From the NCBI RefSeq assembly GCF_040938485.1, contig NW_027271406.1, positions 992,001-1,056,000 of the forward strand: DNA of 64,000 nucleotides, written 5' to 3'. Below the pieces are notes generated by a model. It was not told where the DNA came from and did not search any database. It was given only the letters and a program-made list of their open reading frames with translations. Positions 49,098-62,100 of this stretch are shown here, one piece after another. The DNA comes from Diadema antillarum (taxonomy: Eukaryota). Both the position numbers and the translations under genes were made by a program. The stretch's first letter is position 1. The number at the start of each line of letters is the position of its first letter.

Positions 49098-49732
49098 GTA
49101 AGAAAGATAATCCTCCTAAGCTCCTAAGCAACAATCTTTAAATGCATGTCTTTTCGTCATGAACTGTAAATATTACAAGCCATATATGGAAAGTGTAAGT
49201 AAAAGGAATATCACACATTCTTTATGAAACTAGAAATGTCTTTATCGTACCAGATATAATGCAAGTTAAAAAGATGTGTTATTTTTACTGCACAGCTAGT
49301 ACAAGGATTTCTGTGACAGAGGTATACTGACAAAGCTATAATGTAGGATACCAAGTTTTTGTATGTTTCTGTGATAAATCTCATCCAATTTTACACACGC
49401 TAATATCATTCGATGTAATTTTGATACTCTATATCTTCATGTAATTTTGATGAGAAATTAAAACTTCTTTTATCTGTAATTTGAAATTCTAGCTTTTCTC
49501 AATGTTCTTCTTCGATGCTTTTCTTCAACCATGCTACCATTCCTCCCTACCCCCTCCTCCCATGATCCAGTTGTTGTCTTTTTAGTAATTGTGTGTTTAG
49601 AACAGACTAAATCATGATCACCTTTTCTTGCTCTGTCATTGGCTCTTACTTTGCCCCGCCCCTCCCTCTCCTAATGGAAATTTCCATCTCACTGCCATAT
49701 TATGATTGATATGTAGTAACTCCATGAAAATC

Positions 49733-49941
49733 CTGTAAAACATGATATTTTTGCGGCATGAAATTTTCGCGAATTTAAGCCGACAGCATTTTATGCGGCA
49801 TTAATTTTTTGTGAGTTGCCTCCAACATGCAATGCATATGTAGTGTAGACAATAGTTTTTCATTGCATTTTAATTTCGTGAATCTTGGCTCTTGTGAAAG
49901 TCGCAAAATTAAAATGCAGGCAAACGTTCCTCGTTTTACAG
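49733..49941. mobile_element. TA-flanked MITE (CTGTAAAAC family), copy 2
   Basis: CTGTAAAACATGATATTTTTGCGGC ... CGTTTTACAG|TA; colinear with 6154-6360. Confidence 0.8.
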
Positions 49942-50290
49942 TATGCAGATTTTGTGACCTGGGTGCAATTGACATACTAATGTGCGAGCAGAGAATCAGT
50001 GTGCCAATTTTTTCAGTCAGTCCCCTACACGTAAATGTCTGCCAGTGTTGGCATACCATATAGGAACAACTGAGGAGCCATTGGCTTTAAATTCACAAAA
50101 GTAGTTTAAATGACCACATATATGTGCAGAAATTTTGTGTATCCAGTATGCCAACAGACATCCAATAACAAACACGCACACTGACACACGCTTGTGAAAG
50201 GTATGCCTGTGTTGCGCTTGTTTTAGTCTGTCAATTAGATTTGAACCGTGCATTTGATTCAAACTACCTTTGTGAATTTGGGCCTCTACC

Positions 50291-50400
50291 TGTGACTCAG
50301 TGGATAAGACCATGGTCTTTCAATCAGTAGATCCCTGGTTCAAGTCCCCTGGCAGCATTAGATATGCCTCTAGGCAAACACTTTCTCTTCATTGCTTACC
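50291..50400 (+). mobile_element. tRNA-derived SINE remnant
   Basis: A-box-like GTGACTCAGTGG 50292-50303, B-box GGTTCAAGTCC 50337-50347; no acceptor stem or intact cloverleaf; 3' boundary approximate. Confidence 0.6.
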
Positions 50401-50691
50401 GGTAGTCCTTTTGAGGGTTCCAACTTAAAGCAGCTAGTCATTGCCATGGATGTGTGTTCATAGTAGGCATGATATAGAGTAAAGAGTATCCAATCACACA
50501 TTTTGGACAACAAGACCAATATGAGTTGACTTGGCTGGATTTGAATGAAAATCAAGTGGCAGAGGAGCTTACTGACAAAGGGTTTTTATCTCTCCTCTTG
50601 TTAAGAACTGACAGAATTTCTGAGTAGAGGCAATTTGACTGATAAACATTTTTTATTCCTGCACTTCTCTGCTGTGTGGCTGCGTGCTGAG

Positions 50692-50888
50692 GAGATGCAT
50701 TTCTCGGTCAGGATCGCAGTGAGCTCCACGCAGCAGCCTTCCAGGGTCAGCTGATGACCATCTACGGCCTGATCCAACAGGGTGCCGACGTCAACAAGAA
50801 GACATCTGATGGTGTGACACCCCTCCATGAGGCATGCAGTCGCGGCTTCTTCTACTGCTGTGAGCTGCTCGTTAAGCACGGTGCTGAT
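50692..50888 (+). CDS. ASB13: ASB13 exon 2 (ankyrin repeats; 5' boundary 50692, 50695 or 50712)
   Basis: DAFLGQDRSELHAAAFQGQ...GADVNKKTSDGVTPLHEACSRG...KHGAD|gtgagt; in-frame TGA at 50688-50690 bounds the start. Confidence 0.87.
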
Positions 50889-51171
50889 GTGAGTACTGTC
50901 TGGTCTCTGTGTTCTAGATCTGTAGGTTTCTAGTGGAACGTCAGCCACCACATTTCAGTGATATTTGCAGGAAACTGTAACAAAACCTCAAAGATGCTAC
51001 TTTCTTCCAATGTGATGTTCCCTAAGGCATAGATAGATGCTGAATGCCAGTTATTGTATGTCACTTTAATTCATGCCTCAGTGGTGATTGTTTGCAGTGA
51101 TGTCACTCATGTCACCTCTTCCTATTGGTTGATTTTGCATGGTAATTGAAATTACATAATCATAGCAATTA

Positions 51172-51707
51172 CAGTGCACTCCCGTTACAACGAACACGGT
51201 TATAACGAAATTTCGTTATAACGAAGTAAAACTTCTGGTCCCAAAATTATCGCCATTAATGTCTACGGTACAAAATTCGCTTATAACGAACACGGTTATA
51301 GCGAAATTTTCGTTATAACGAAGTCTTTTCCGAGCCCCACGGACAAAGAAAAACAAAAGAAATGTGCGCCATTATAACGAAATGCGGATCGCTTTCGAAT
51401 ATACGTAGCTGGACAAGCATGGGCGAACGCTTCACATCACGGAGTGTTCGCTCCGTGTGTCACGCACAGTTTCCGTTAATTTTATGCTCTCTTTAATGAA
51501 ATATCCAAACAAAATTTAAAAGGTACAGTGTACCATTCCGTTTCACATAGCTGCACAGTGTAAGATGAGTATTCAACAAACAGAATATGATATATGCGTG
51601 GTTTCCTTGTTTTTGTTATGTATTTTATTTGTTCGGTTATAACGAAATTCGTTATAACGAAAGAAAACTGCCGGTCCCGAGCATTTCGTTATAACGGGAG
51701 TGCACTG
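51172..51707. mobile_element. pogo/Tigger-like MITE (GTTATAACGAA family), long copy (ASB13 intron 2)
   Basis: TA|CAGTGCACTCCCGTTACAACGAA ... TTCGTTATAACGGGAGTGCACTG|TA; 536 bp. Confidence 0.88.
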
Positions 51708-52040
51708 TACCTAATAGTTGAAATTATATTTTTCATAAAAATTGGGGGTTATTTTCAGTCTGTTGCTACGCAAAGTCAAAAGTAATCAGTTCAATTCTGC
51801 ATGCTCTCTGAATCCACATCTTACTTTGTTTTCTAATAATTTTCATCAAGGAGATTGGACTGACTTATACAGCACAGTATGTGTGCAATGTTTTTAAGAG
51901 ACATGGTTAGTTTGGTTTAGTTCTGAACTGTAAATCTGATTTACACTCCTTTGTTGTTTTGTATTTGCATCTCAGTGATGAAGATAGTGTTAGACACAAT
52001 CCCCTGATATAATTATTCATCCAACTTATATCTTTGACAG

Positions 52041-52191
52041 GTGGCAGCATACAACATTGATGGCTCCACACCACTGTGTGATGCATGTTGCCAAGGCAAT
52101 GTGGAGATTGTGAAGTTCCTGCTGAGTAAAGGGGCTGATCCCAATCCTCCGATGGCCAGAACCAGTCCACTCCACGAAGCAGCCCTCAGAG
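52041..52191 (+). CDS. ASB13: ASB13 exon 3
   Basis: VAAYNIDGSTPLCDACCQGNVEIVKFLLSKGADPNPPMARTSPLHEAALR|gtagga; NIDGSTPLCDAC matches ASB13 as recalled. Confidence 0.94.
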
Positions 52192-53317
52192 GTAGGACAG
52201 ATTTCTCTCTAGACCAGGAAGCCGCTGGGTGTAATTTCACTTTGAGGTTCCTTTACAAAACATATTGCACTTGGAATCAATACCGTCACACTCTTCATGC
52301 TAGATTGGATTTTAGCTACAGATATAATGTTGTAGATAATGTTTTTGATAATGTACATAATTGAAATTTGAATTTTTAAGTTTGTTTGTTCTTCTTTTTC
52401 ATGGGCTACGGTCATGAAGAAACACAAGCATTGGGATTTCCTGCATTATACGAACCAATTTCTATATCTTAGTCTATAAACATGATTATGATTTTACCCT
52501 GTTCTTTGGCCTATCATTTTTACATACAATTTCGCCGTTGTTGTTGTTGTTGTTGTTGTTGATGATGTTAAAGGTTTCACTGAAGAAGTATCTTCTCTAC
52601 AACTCTGCGGAACGTGGCATGGCTTGCACATTATTATGGACTAAGACATGTATTTCCATTAAAAAGAAAAGTTAATTTATAGATTGTTGCATCCACTATC
52701 AGGTGTATACAAGGAATGCCACTGTTTCATGGCAAAGAACTCTCAAAGAAATGCACATTGCAAGCTATATGAATCCAAGCATTTGATTGGCTCTCCTGCC
52801 CTATTGATTGCTCATTTGTCCTGTTTCGCTCATATTTCACTAATCTGTCATTTTCAGTTTATTGGTTTCATTCCAAATGAACTTTATTCTGTAAGGGTAA
52901 ACTTCTTGTTTTCATGTTGTGAGACAAAGTTAGTATGGAGCTCTTTGTATTTTATTTATTTAACAATGTAACAGAAACAGAATCAGAGTCTGTGAGTTGT
53001 AGAATACATTTCCCACATGCGAGATTTTTTTTTTAACCATTGAATTGTGTGCATTTGTTTCATATCTTGGATCAGTATATCATGAATTTTTTTTTTATTG
53101 CATTGGTTTAACTAGCTTTACCAAAAAACTATGTTATTTTGTATTGATTTGGTTGAAGAAGTTATTTTCTTTCTTACAGTGTGTTTTCTTTAAAGTGATA
53201 CTTTATTTATGTCAGAGACTGTGATCATCTACAATCAGTGAGAGCCAGATCTACTTGTTTTGGTGAAAACAAGCCAGGGTTGATTGCTTTAAAAAAAATC
53301 TAATTCTCTTTCTTCAG

Positions 53318-53452
53318 GTCACACAGATTGTGTCAGGGAACTAATCAAGGCAGGAAGTAAACTAGAGGTCACTGACGGGCATTATGGGACAGCTCTTCAT
53401 TCAGCCTGCTACACAGGAAAGACAGAGACCGCAGAAGTGATCCTAAATGCTG
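53318..53452 (+). CDS. ASB13: ASB13 exon 4
   Basis: ttcttcag|(G)HTDCVRELIKAGSKLEVTDGHYGTALHSACYTGKTETAEVILNA|gtaagg; phase 1 to 1. Confidence 0.94.
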
Positions 53453-54000
53453 GTAAGGGGCACCGGACATTGTGATCCGAAACATGGAGTCAATATTTGA
53501 TGGGTCAGTTCATGATTAGTCAGGATTTGATAGGTCAGCATTTGATGAGTCAGCATTTAATGGCTTTGTCCAAGTCTGTCTCTTGCAGCGCTGGATGACT
53601 GCAGCTTGCCAACGAAGCTAAACCATACTTGGAAGATAAAGAGACTTGTTACACTCCAAATTATTTGAGCAAAAGAAAACATGTCATCTTTACATAGATG
53701 ACCTTGTAATATATAGAATTGAAAAGGCAATCTTTTTGAATGCTTGTCAATGAAACACTCTAAGTAAATGCCAACATAGTAGAGCTGTCAGCAAATGGAA
53801 GAATGATTATAAGTTCCTTTAGCTTGGATTGAAACAGATCAAAGTTTTAGAGTTTACTTCAGGGTAGTGCCGGTATATCCCTCGAAGCATAGGTGCATTC
53901 CACACCCACAAACTGCACCTACTGGATGAGGATTGTGGCATCGTTCAGTTCTAAAACCCAATTCTCTTACCTCATGTTCACACCTCATTTGTCTGACTAG

Positions 54001-54192
54001 GAGGGAGTGCAAATGCCATCATGAACCATACCAGTCTACTCCATGTGGCGGTGAGTGTGAACGCATCCGACCTGGTTCAGTTGCTCCTGGACTATGGTGC
54101 CAACATCTACGCCCGCAATAATCGTGAGAAGGCACCATTCCAACTTGCCGGAATCGACAGCAAGACAATGAAAATCCTGGATGATCACATGT
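54001..54192 (+). CDS. ASB13: ASB13 exon 5
   Basis: (G)GSANAIMNHTSLLHVAVSVNASDLVQLLLDYGANIYARNNREKAP...LDDHM|gtgagt; phase 1 to 1. Confidence 0.93.
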
Positions 54193-55017
54193 GTGAGTGT
54201 CAGATCCAATATAGACTGTATAGATAGATATGTCAAATATCAACGGGCTGGCATGAATATGTATTTGACTATTAAAAGTATAAATCTATAAGATACCTTG
54301 TATTTTAAGATCTCATGAGAGCAACAGAGAATTGTTGCCTCCGTGCTAGTCTCCAGCAATGTGGCTAAATTTGTGTGTGGATATGGCTCTGTGTTAAACA
54401 GAAGGTCTAGGATTCAAATCTTGCCTGGTACATTCATCCTTGGACAAGATGCCCTTGGTAAAAAGAACCATGGTGTCTATTGTCAGTAATCTGTTTGTGA
54501 AATGGAAGGGAGAGGGGTTAAAATATTTAGAGTTGTGCAACCAAGTCTGCAGCAACATGTTTTGTTGCATTGTGCACTATAGTGATGCTTAGTGTGACTT
54601 TACCCCAGAATGGTGTCAAAATCAGCTGAAGATTGAACAGAAAGGTATAAGAGTGTAATGGGGAAAGAAATATTCATGAAAGAATATTTCAAGAAGATTC
54701 CATATTGTATGATCAATGTATCACAACATTGGTGCATGAGCTGAAAATGTTCCAGAAAGTTGGAGGATATCATTTCTCATTGCTTAAAAAAATCAATAAT
54801 TGTGATTTTTTTCCTTGAGGCATTGTATTTGGTCCTGAAATGATGGCATATAAAATGAATAAATTAAATGACTCTAGATGCCCCATTATTGTTTGTTTTT
54901 TCCATTTTGTTTCCATGCTTTGCTCTGCCTGTAAATCTTTTTGGTCTATTTGAACTTGCTAATATGTTTTTTTTTTCCTCTGTCATGTTTCTGTTCCATC
55001 ATACTTCCTGCACTCAG

Positions 55018-55145
55018 CTCATCCTAGGCCGCTGTCAGAACTCTGTCGGTGGAGGATCCGTCGTCTTCTCGGGCCACAGAGACTGGACAAACTTGACAAG
55101 TTGGGCCTACCAAAGGTCATTTCAAACTATGTGCAGTTCAGGTAG
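55018..55145 (+). CDS. ASB13: ASB13 exon 6 (SOCS box, terminal)
   Basis: (S)HPRPLSELCRWRIRRLLGPQRLDKLDKLGLPKVISNYVQFR*; BC box LxxLCR plus LP Cul5 box; TAG at 55143-55145. Confidence 0.94.
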
Positions 55146-56362
55146 CACACAGAGTTTTATTGTATATTTATACTATATTATAACCATTGCTATTTAACAT
55201 TTTGAGTTTATGTTGAAATGCTTGCTGTCGTTTTGCTTGTGTGTTTATTGTGAGTTATCACATGACTTCACACATAAAGTGATGATGGGACAGTTATACT
55301 TATAAATACAATTGACACCTGTTTGGTTACCAGAAAATGATGGTGCATGGTAAAACACATGATTCCTGTGCACTTTCTCCCTCTTGTTATTTATCAACTT
55401 CCACTCTAATGTGAGGTGGGTTTTGAGTGCACGATGGCTTGTTTTCCTTGTGGATATTTCTCTGGTAACTTTATGATGGTGAATCATGAGGGATACGTCA
55501 AGAAATAGCATTCATGTTCAGCAGATCTTCCATTGAGAAGTGAAAAGTGACAGCCATATTGTACAGATACTGACTGGTAATTGGAAAGCATACGTACTGA
55601 ATGTGAAAGAGGTTTAAATACCAAGTAAGCTAGCTTGATGGCTGGAGTAATCTTATGGAATTTGCATTTTCCAGTATATCAACCCAAAGATGAAAACATT
55701 TGAATATTCACACACCATCAGTCTTGCTCAAGGGTAAAGTGTAGGTATGATTATGGTAAATGGCTTGATGTCATATAGTTTTCTTCCATGCTGGCATAGT
55801 GGAGATGGAGAACTACATCTGTATTCATACCTGCTTAGGCCAGGGTAGTTGCAGTGCAATATTATGATTAGAAACTTGCTTTTCACGAGTCTATATATTG
55901 CCTTGACTGTTCAGGTATGAGTTGTCATCTTAACTGTACGGTTGTGAAGGAACACAACACTATGCATCAATATCATTAATACACATTGTGAATCAATCAT
56001 TTGTAGTTTATTGTGGCCTAAAGTTATCATTATGATGAATATTATCAGCTAGAAAGATAAAAATGAACCATTTTTTACTGCTTTTTTTGCCAATTGATCA
56101 TGATTTCCTTAAACAGGTAAACTGTCTTGTGAAGTATAGCTTGTTTCACTTTATAGATTTTCAATATTCAAAACTGAGATGACTCGTCTTGACTGATATT
56201 GACTTCTTAATAGTAATTTTACATTGTGCCATAATTGGTTCTATTCTTCTATATTTGCGGAAATATACATGTAAGGATGAAATCTACAACATTGATTGTT
56301 ATCTCCTGAGTAAGTGATTGTCTTCCGGATGTATGACTGACAATATTAAAAGCAATACCTAA

Positions 56363-56765
56363 AGGGATGGTATACCATTGGTTGAGGTGAAAATTCAGCT
56401 TTTAAATTTTTGTAAGATACTCAGAAACCACTTTAAAAAAAGTTAAAAAGCATACAATTCTAAGAGGAATTCAAAGTGCATTTGATGAAAATCTGTTTTG
56501 AAATGGCTATTCAAGACATCCAAAACAAGGTAAAACAAAGCACTCCTGATAGAAGATGGGTCCCACCTCTTAAATTATTAGGATCATTTTATTTTGAATA
56601 TCTCAGTCATTTCAAAACCAATTTTCATCAAATAAAATTTGAATTCCTCTTAGAATTATATACTCTTTTCATGTTCCAAAAGAAGTTCCTCATTATCTGA
56701 AAAATTCATCATCAAAAAATGTTGGAAACCTCAATCCCCATCTCAACCAAATCTGTACCATTATC
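56363..56765. mobile_element. TTAA-type dispersed repeat, copy 2
   Basis: Similar to 25242-25634; contains a perfect 20-bp internal IR at 56456-56475 / 56638-56657. Confidence 0.62.
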
Positions 56766-57825
56766 ATTTGTAGGGGCATTTTTAGTCAAGTTATCATTTG
56801 TTGACCACCTATTGCACATTAATTTGGGTTATTTCTGCCATTTTATTTGTTTTGTGGTGAAACCTACCTCATCACCTAAAAAATTGAGTATGATAGATGG
56901 GCTATGACAATGTATGATCCAAATTTGTTGTGATTCACTGAAAAATACTTAAATGTTATTTTACTGTAATGCTAGACTCGACACACTATTCTTAGATAAC
57001 ATTATGCATACTGTTGGAAGTCTTGGATAAATATGTTCTATTAGTTTAATGATTTCATATTGCTGTGTCTATAACATTGATGTTCAATTCTGATACACCT
57101 GTGTGGCAATTTACATATGTGCAAAGTCAAACAAATCCAAGCATCATGAGTTGTGGAATTGAAATTATGATGGGGGATGACTTCAGAAGACTTATGGAAT
57201 CCATGATAGTTGAGGTTGAATGGATTTTGTGGTAGAGTCGAGCCTACAAAACAGAGTGTAGATGCCACACCAATGTCATTTATCAGTGAGATCCAGAAAT
57301 TAGAATCACTTGCCTTCTCTATCCAAAATCCTACACATCCAATGCTGTGTGATTATTCACTTTTAAAAGGTATTTGATTGAGTGTGAAGAAAGTGGCAGA
57401 GACACCATTGACCACGGGTCTACAAGAATAAATTCTTTCCTTTTTCACTGTTTTTACCCTGAAAGTTTATGCTCTTTACTCTGGACCTGAATAAGTACAT
57501 CGAATTCTTGATCAAATATTGTCAGTCTTGATAAAGGCCTCTGGAAAGCAGCCGTATGTCGTGGACAGTCATGCTTCAGTCATTTGTACCCCCTTTTCTC
57601 TACATGCTTTGAGTAGAAAATGACTTGTTTCCACAATATCAAAGGCCATTAATTACATTAATTGATTAATTATTTTGCAATTGTGAGGATAAAGCAGTAC
57701 ATATCTAATTTCTTTCTACAATTGTATTATTGAAACAAAGTATGTGATATTTATGTGTGTGTAATAGAGAATGATTTTGAACACAAATTTTGATAATTGC
57801 ATCATGATTGGAGTAGATGTATTTC

Positions 57826-57832
<7 letters not shown>

Positions 57833-57879
<47 letters not shown>
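57833..57879. repeat. (TG)n microsatellite
   Basis: Direct read. Confidence 0.9.
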
Positions 57880-57881
<2 letters not shown>

Positions 57882-58239
57882 CCTACAAAAATGGGTCATG
57901 CACTTATTACATACTTAATACGCTCAGTACTGTGGCCAACCAATGCAGTACTGTACTCTCAAAACATACACACTTCTCCATAACTCCTCTTCACTCGTTC
58001 CACTCATCATATCTTATAATGGTATCTGTATTAAGGAAAACTGAGGACCACGTGTCATGAGTTGAACAAAATGAATTTTATTTGTAAGACAAGAAACAGT
58101 TACTGAAAAAAAGGATATTGCATTTATGATAAAATAAACAGAACATACTATTTGATATTTACTATGCCTGATTTCTATGTATCAAATCCTACAATATATT
58201 CTACTTTATGTACAGGTCAACAGTAACAATATACATGTA

Positions 58240-58615
58240 TTGTAGAAACTGAATATTTCATGAGATTCTATTTTCACAAATTTCACAAGTAAAAAATATC
58301 TCTTATTCTGCGAATTTAACAACTCGCCAATATATCCCGCTCAGGCTACTCAAGTGCAAAGTGTGAGAGCGATGTAAACGCCATATATTTAGCGAGTCTA
58401 TTTATTTATATATTTATTTTTTGTGAATCAGGACTTCCCGACGATTTCGCGAGTGGTTAAGTTCGCGATCATGGAGTACAGTACTGAGTGGAGAAATGTA
58501 TGCATGCACATCGGGATCACAGTCAATATTTTCATGTGTCTTTGAATTTGAGAATAGCACCCGACTGGCAAAATTCGTGAAAATAAAAACCTTACGAAAT
58601 ATTCAGTGTATTCAG
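58240..58615. mobile_element. Degenerate TA-flanked MITE
   Basis: TA|TTGTAGAAACTGAATATTTC ... GAAATATTCAGTGTATTCAG|TA. Confidence 0.45.
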
Positions 58616-58959
58616 TAACATGGGTACAATTGTAGGTAGCAGCTGCCTGTTTTGTACATGCAGTTGTGTTCAATGCAAACAAATGAGGTTCAAATGTTTT
58701 GATCCTCAAGAATTTTATTGAACAATGACTGATAGATTATATATTAGTAACAAAACTGCCTACCCATATGAATAACCCCAACCCATACAATTTCTGTTAG
58801 CTGTTACAAAAAGTAGATATAAAAATGATTTGTAAAAGTCAAGTCTTAACACTAATCAACAGCTACTGAAATAATATGATTCCTTTGAACATGGTTGCTG
58901 TTTACTTGCATTGCTCCGTGACAATGCAATTAATTTTGAATATAGTCTGTGAACATCTG

Positions 58960-59103
58960 GACCCCATTTTACAAAAAGTTGCTATGATGGCAACACTTGC
59001 TGGAATGGCAATCACAGTGTCACCATGGTAACAAGAATCCAGCCTCCTGATTGGCTGTTACTATGGGAAGTTGCTATCCTAACATCTGTGATTACATGGG
59101 ACC
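58960..59103. mobile_element. PIF/Harbinger-like MITE, copy 2
   Basis: CTG|GACCCCATTTTACAAAAAG...CTTGCTGGAATGGCAAT...AAGAATCCAGC..CCTGATTGGCTGTT; colinear with 23004-23160. Confidence 0.7.
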
Positions 59104-62100
59104 ATGTTCGTGTAAAGTTGCATGCTTCTTGCAGAAAGTATATTACCTGCTGGGTTTTATTGCCATCCATTATTCTTTATGCTGAATATCACCACACTTG
59201 ACTTGATTTCTGTACAGAGGAAATTGCACTACCCATATCAGAGCAAAGCTGGCTGAATTGCTTAAAAAAAACCACCTGTTTGGTTGGTTACTTATTCTAT
59301 ATAAAAAAAAACACACATAATTGCACATACAATTATTTGTAATTATTGACACTTTCATGAGAGTTGATTTCCACCAAATTCAAACTACTGCTACTGTAAC
59401 ATGGAGGAATTGTTTTGTCTAACATTATGTGGTGTTTTTGTGCTATATTTCAATGCCTGAAATAATTTTCCCAGTGTAATGGGTGAACATTTGAAGTGAA
59501 CAGCACAAGGTCTTCTCAGTGGGAACAGAATATAACCTCTAATTGTAGACAACAGAACTCATGCACAAATACCAATTGATGTGGCATGCTGTTCTACGAC
59601 AAAGGAGTTTACATTTAACCATCTGTGCAATGCTTAACGTGGAGCCATTATTTGTCCTCATTAGATGCTGTGCTTGTACCCTGCTGTGTGTATTAAAGAT
59701 AATCCTTGTGAGCTATCTGTGGAGAATCACATGCAGAGTAGAGGGACCAGTGAAGCAGAAAATGCTTCGATCAACCCTTTGCAGACTGCTTGATAGTCTT
59801 TTTAACTCTTTGTGTGCAATGCCTCACTCAATCGACGGCTTGCCAACTTCGCATATTTTGCTCAAACACACAACTACGCACAAACCAATCAATAGATTGC
59901 AATATGCCACAGTGCAGGTACATTTGAAAGGTCATGTGCGATTCCATTCCTCAAACATATAGCTCACACTGCCAGGCAACTGAAAAGCAGTGTTCTGTAC
60001 AGATTTTTCAAGTAGATTCTGATTGCATGAGGTTGTGTCCTCAAGAAGTCATGCCTCCCAGATGTACTCATGAAAGTATGCATGACCAGAATTCAATTTT
60101 GCAGTCTGTTTGGGGGCTATCTTTCTGAATACTGGCCATTTGCAAAAATCAAAAAAAAAAATATTAAATTAAAAATGAAAAATAGCTAGGCCTATAGCTT
60201 TGTCATAAAATTTACATCTCAGCAAAGCCTGCAATTTTCTTTACAAATTTGCTGTATGTACTGCACTTCCAGCTTATGTGTATCCATAAAAAGTTAAACG
60301 GCTTTGAGAAACAGAATGTTTTCTACAGTATTTGTGCGTTGCAGCCTCAGAATAATGTGGCGCACAGCGAATTTACACTGTGGCATACAAAGAATTAACA
60401 AGCTTTTTTCCATAGACACCAGCATTACTGGTGGATGTCTTGGATGCAGTCTGTAACAGGTGGCTAGTTGGTTAAATGCTTCACCAATCAACCCGACTCA
60501 CATGGACCCAAGTCAACCTGGGCAAGAGGTAATCAGCCATGGCAAATCCAGATGGCATCCTGAATCAATATTGGACTTGACATTTTATGCAGAACCATGT
60601 ACGTGGTCCATACGATACTTGACATCCATACACAAGGTTACCCATTCTTTGTTATGTCCTACACTTGGAGATGTCTGAAACCACAGAATTCAACTGCTAC
60701 CCATGTTAGCAGCAACATCAGGACTGATAATATAATCACGGATGTGCATACATTCTGGGGATGGGGGAAAACAGACTGAAAAAGAGGGACTCCAGGCAAT
60801 GATATTTTCAGTCAATGAGATAGAATGAGCAAAAGACTCTACATTGAATCTGTGGTAGCTATTTATCACAGAAACGTTCCACTACCCTCATTTGTTCACT
60901 TAAATAGTGAACCTCATTGGTGTACCACGGAACTTTATAGATACAAGATCGAGATTTCACAAGTAGAGAAACTTGTCCCTTCAGAGAACTGAATATTCCT
61001 TGTCTAATGTTACCAAAGTATTACATAAATATATGCATGTATACATGATATTAAGGTACCTACAGTCCCAGTGATAAAGATGCACTATGAACAATTCATA
61101 GTTATTTCACCTACAACACATCTAGTAAATGATATACCTGTATACATGTCCAATGAAGATAGGTACTTATGAAACAGAATTTTCATGCTGAGCACAACAT
61201 GCATGATATAGCAATGATACATATTGTTAATAATGGAACATCTGCTCGTTGTAATGACGATGACACGACAAATACACAAATATGGGTTGTCCGCTTGACT
61301 CATGAGATGATCTATGCAAAATTTCATAGGCACTAAATGTAGCAAATATTGAAACAAAAAAAAAAGAAAGTTTGATCATACAATATGGCATGTGCTCAAT
61401 TTCTACTACCAGTAGTACCAAACAGCCTGTCGACAGAGAAAAGATGAAGTACTTAAATTCTTTGAGGTGACTGAGTTTTCACTGCTCTAGCCTTTTGTGC
61501 TTCTTGGAATGGCTTTGCACACTTTTGCAACTGTTGTGCGTAGATCGGGATATTTCTGACAAGCCTCTGTTGGTTTTAAATTGTCAGACTGAACACTTTT
61601 TAGTACATTAGAAACTGTTTACATACGTTCAGCCACTATCTATTCATGCAAATGTCAGGTTCCATTCATGCAAAGCTATGAACGCCAAATTCTGTTGAAA
61701 TTAAGTCACTCATTGTTACCCTCTTTACACACTGATGAAATTCGATGCAAATCACATAAATGCGAGAAACAGATCACTCAGGGCAAGCATCTGGCGGGTT
61801 ATACGTCTGTCAAGAATAGTTCCATTCCAGATAAATACATGGAAGAATTTATGCAGTACCAAGGAATTTATCCACCAGTTTTCATGTAACAACACCAGCA
61901 TACTTGCCTGAGTTAACAGACCAGAGTTTTACATACAATGTACATGTAGTATCGATCTTAAAACAGATATTCTTTCCCTTTCCTCCAGCTACAAAATTTG
62001 TGCGTTTGACAATACCGTAACATGAAAATTGATGAATGTTTTGTGACACCTACGACAATTCTTTTTTTGTGCGAACAGCTTTGCAGGAATGTATATGCAT

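Noticed and set aside
61400-61620. Minus-strand NVLKSVQSDNLKPTEACQKYPDLRTTV as a pipsqueak-type HTH of a pogo transposase
   Set aside because: Only about 40 open codons bounded by stops, with no adjoining CENP-B or DDE sequence or TIRs; resemblance too weak.
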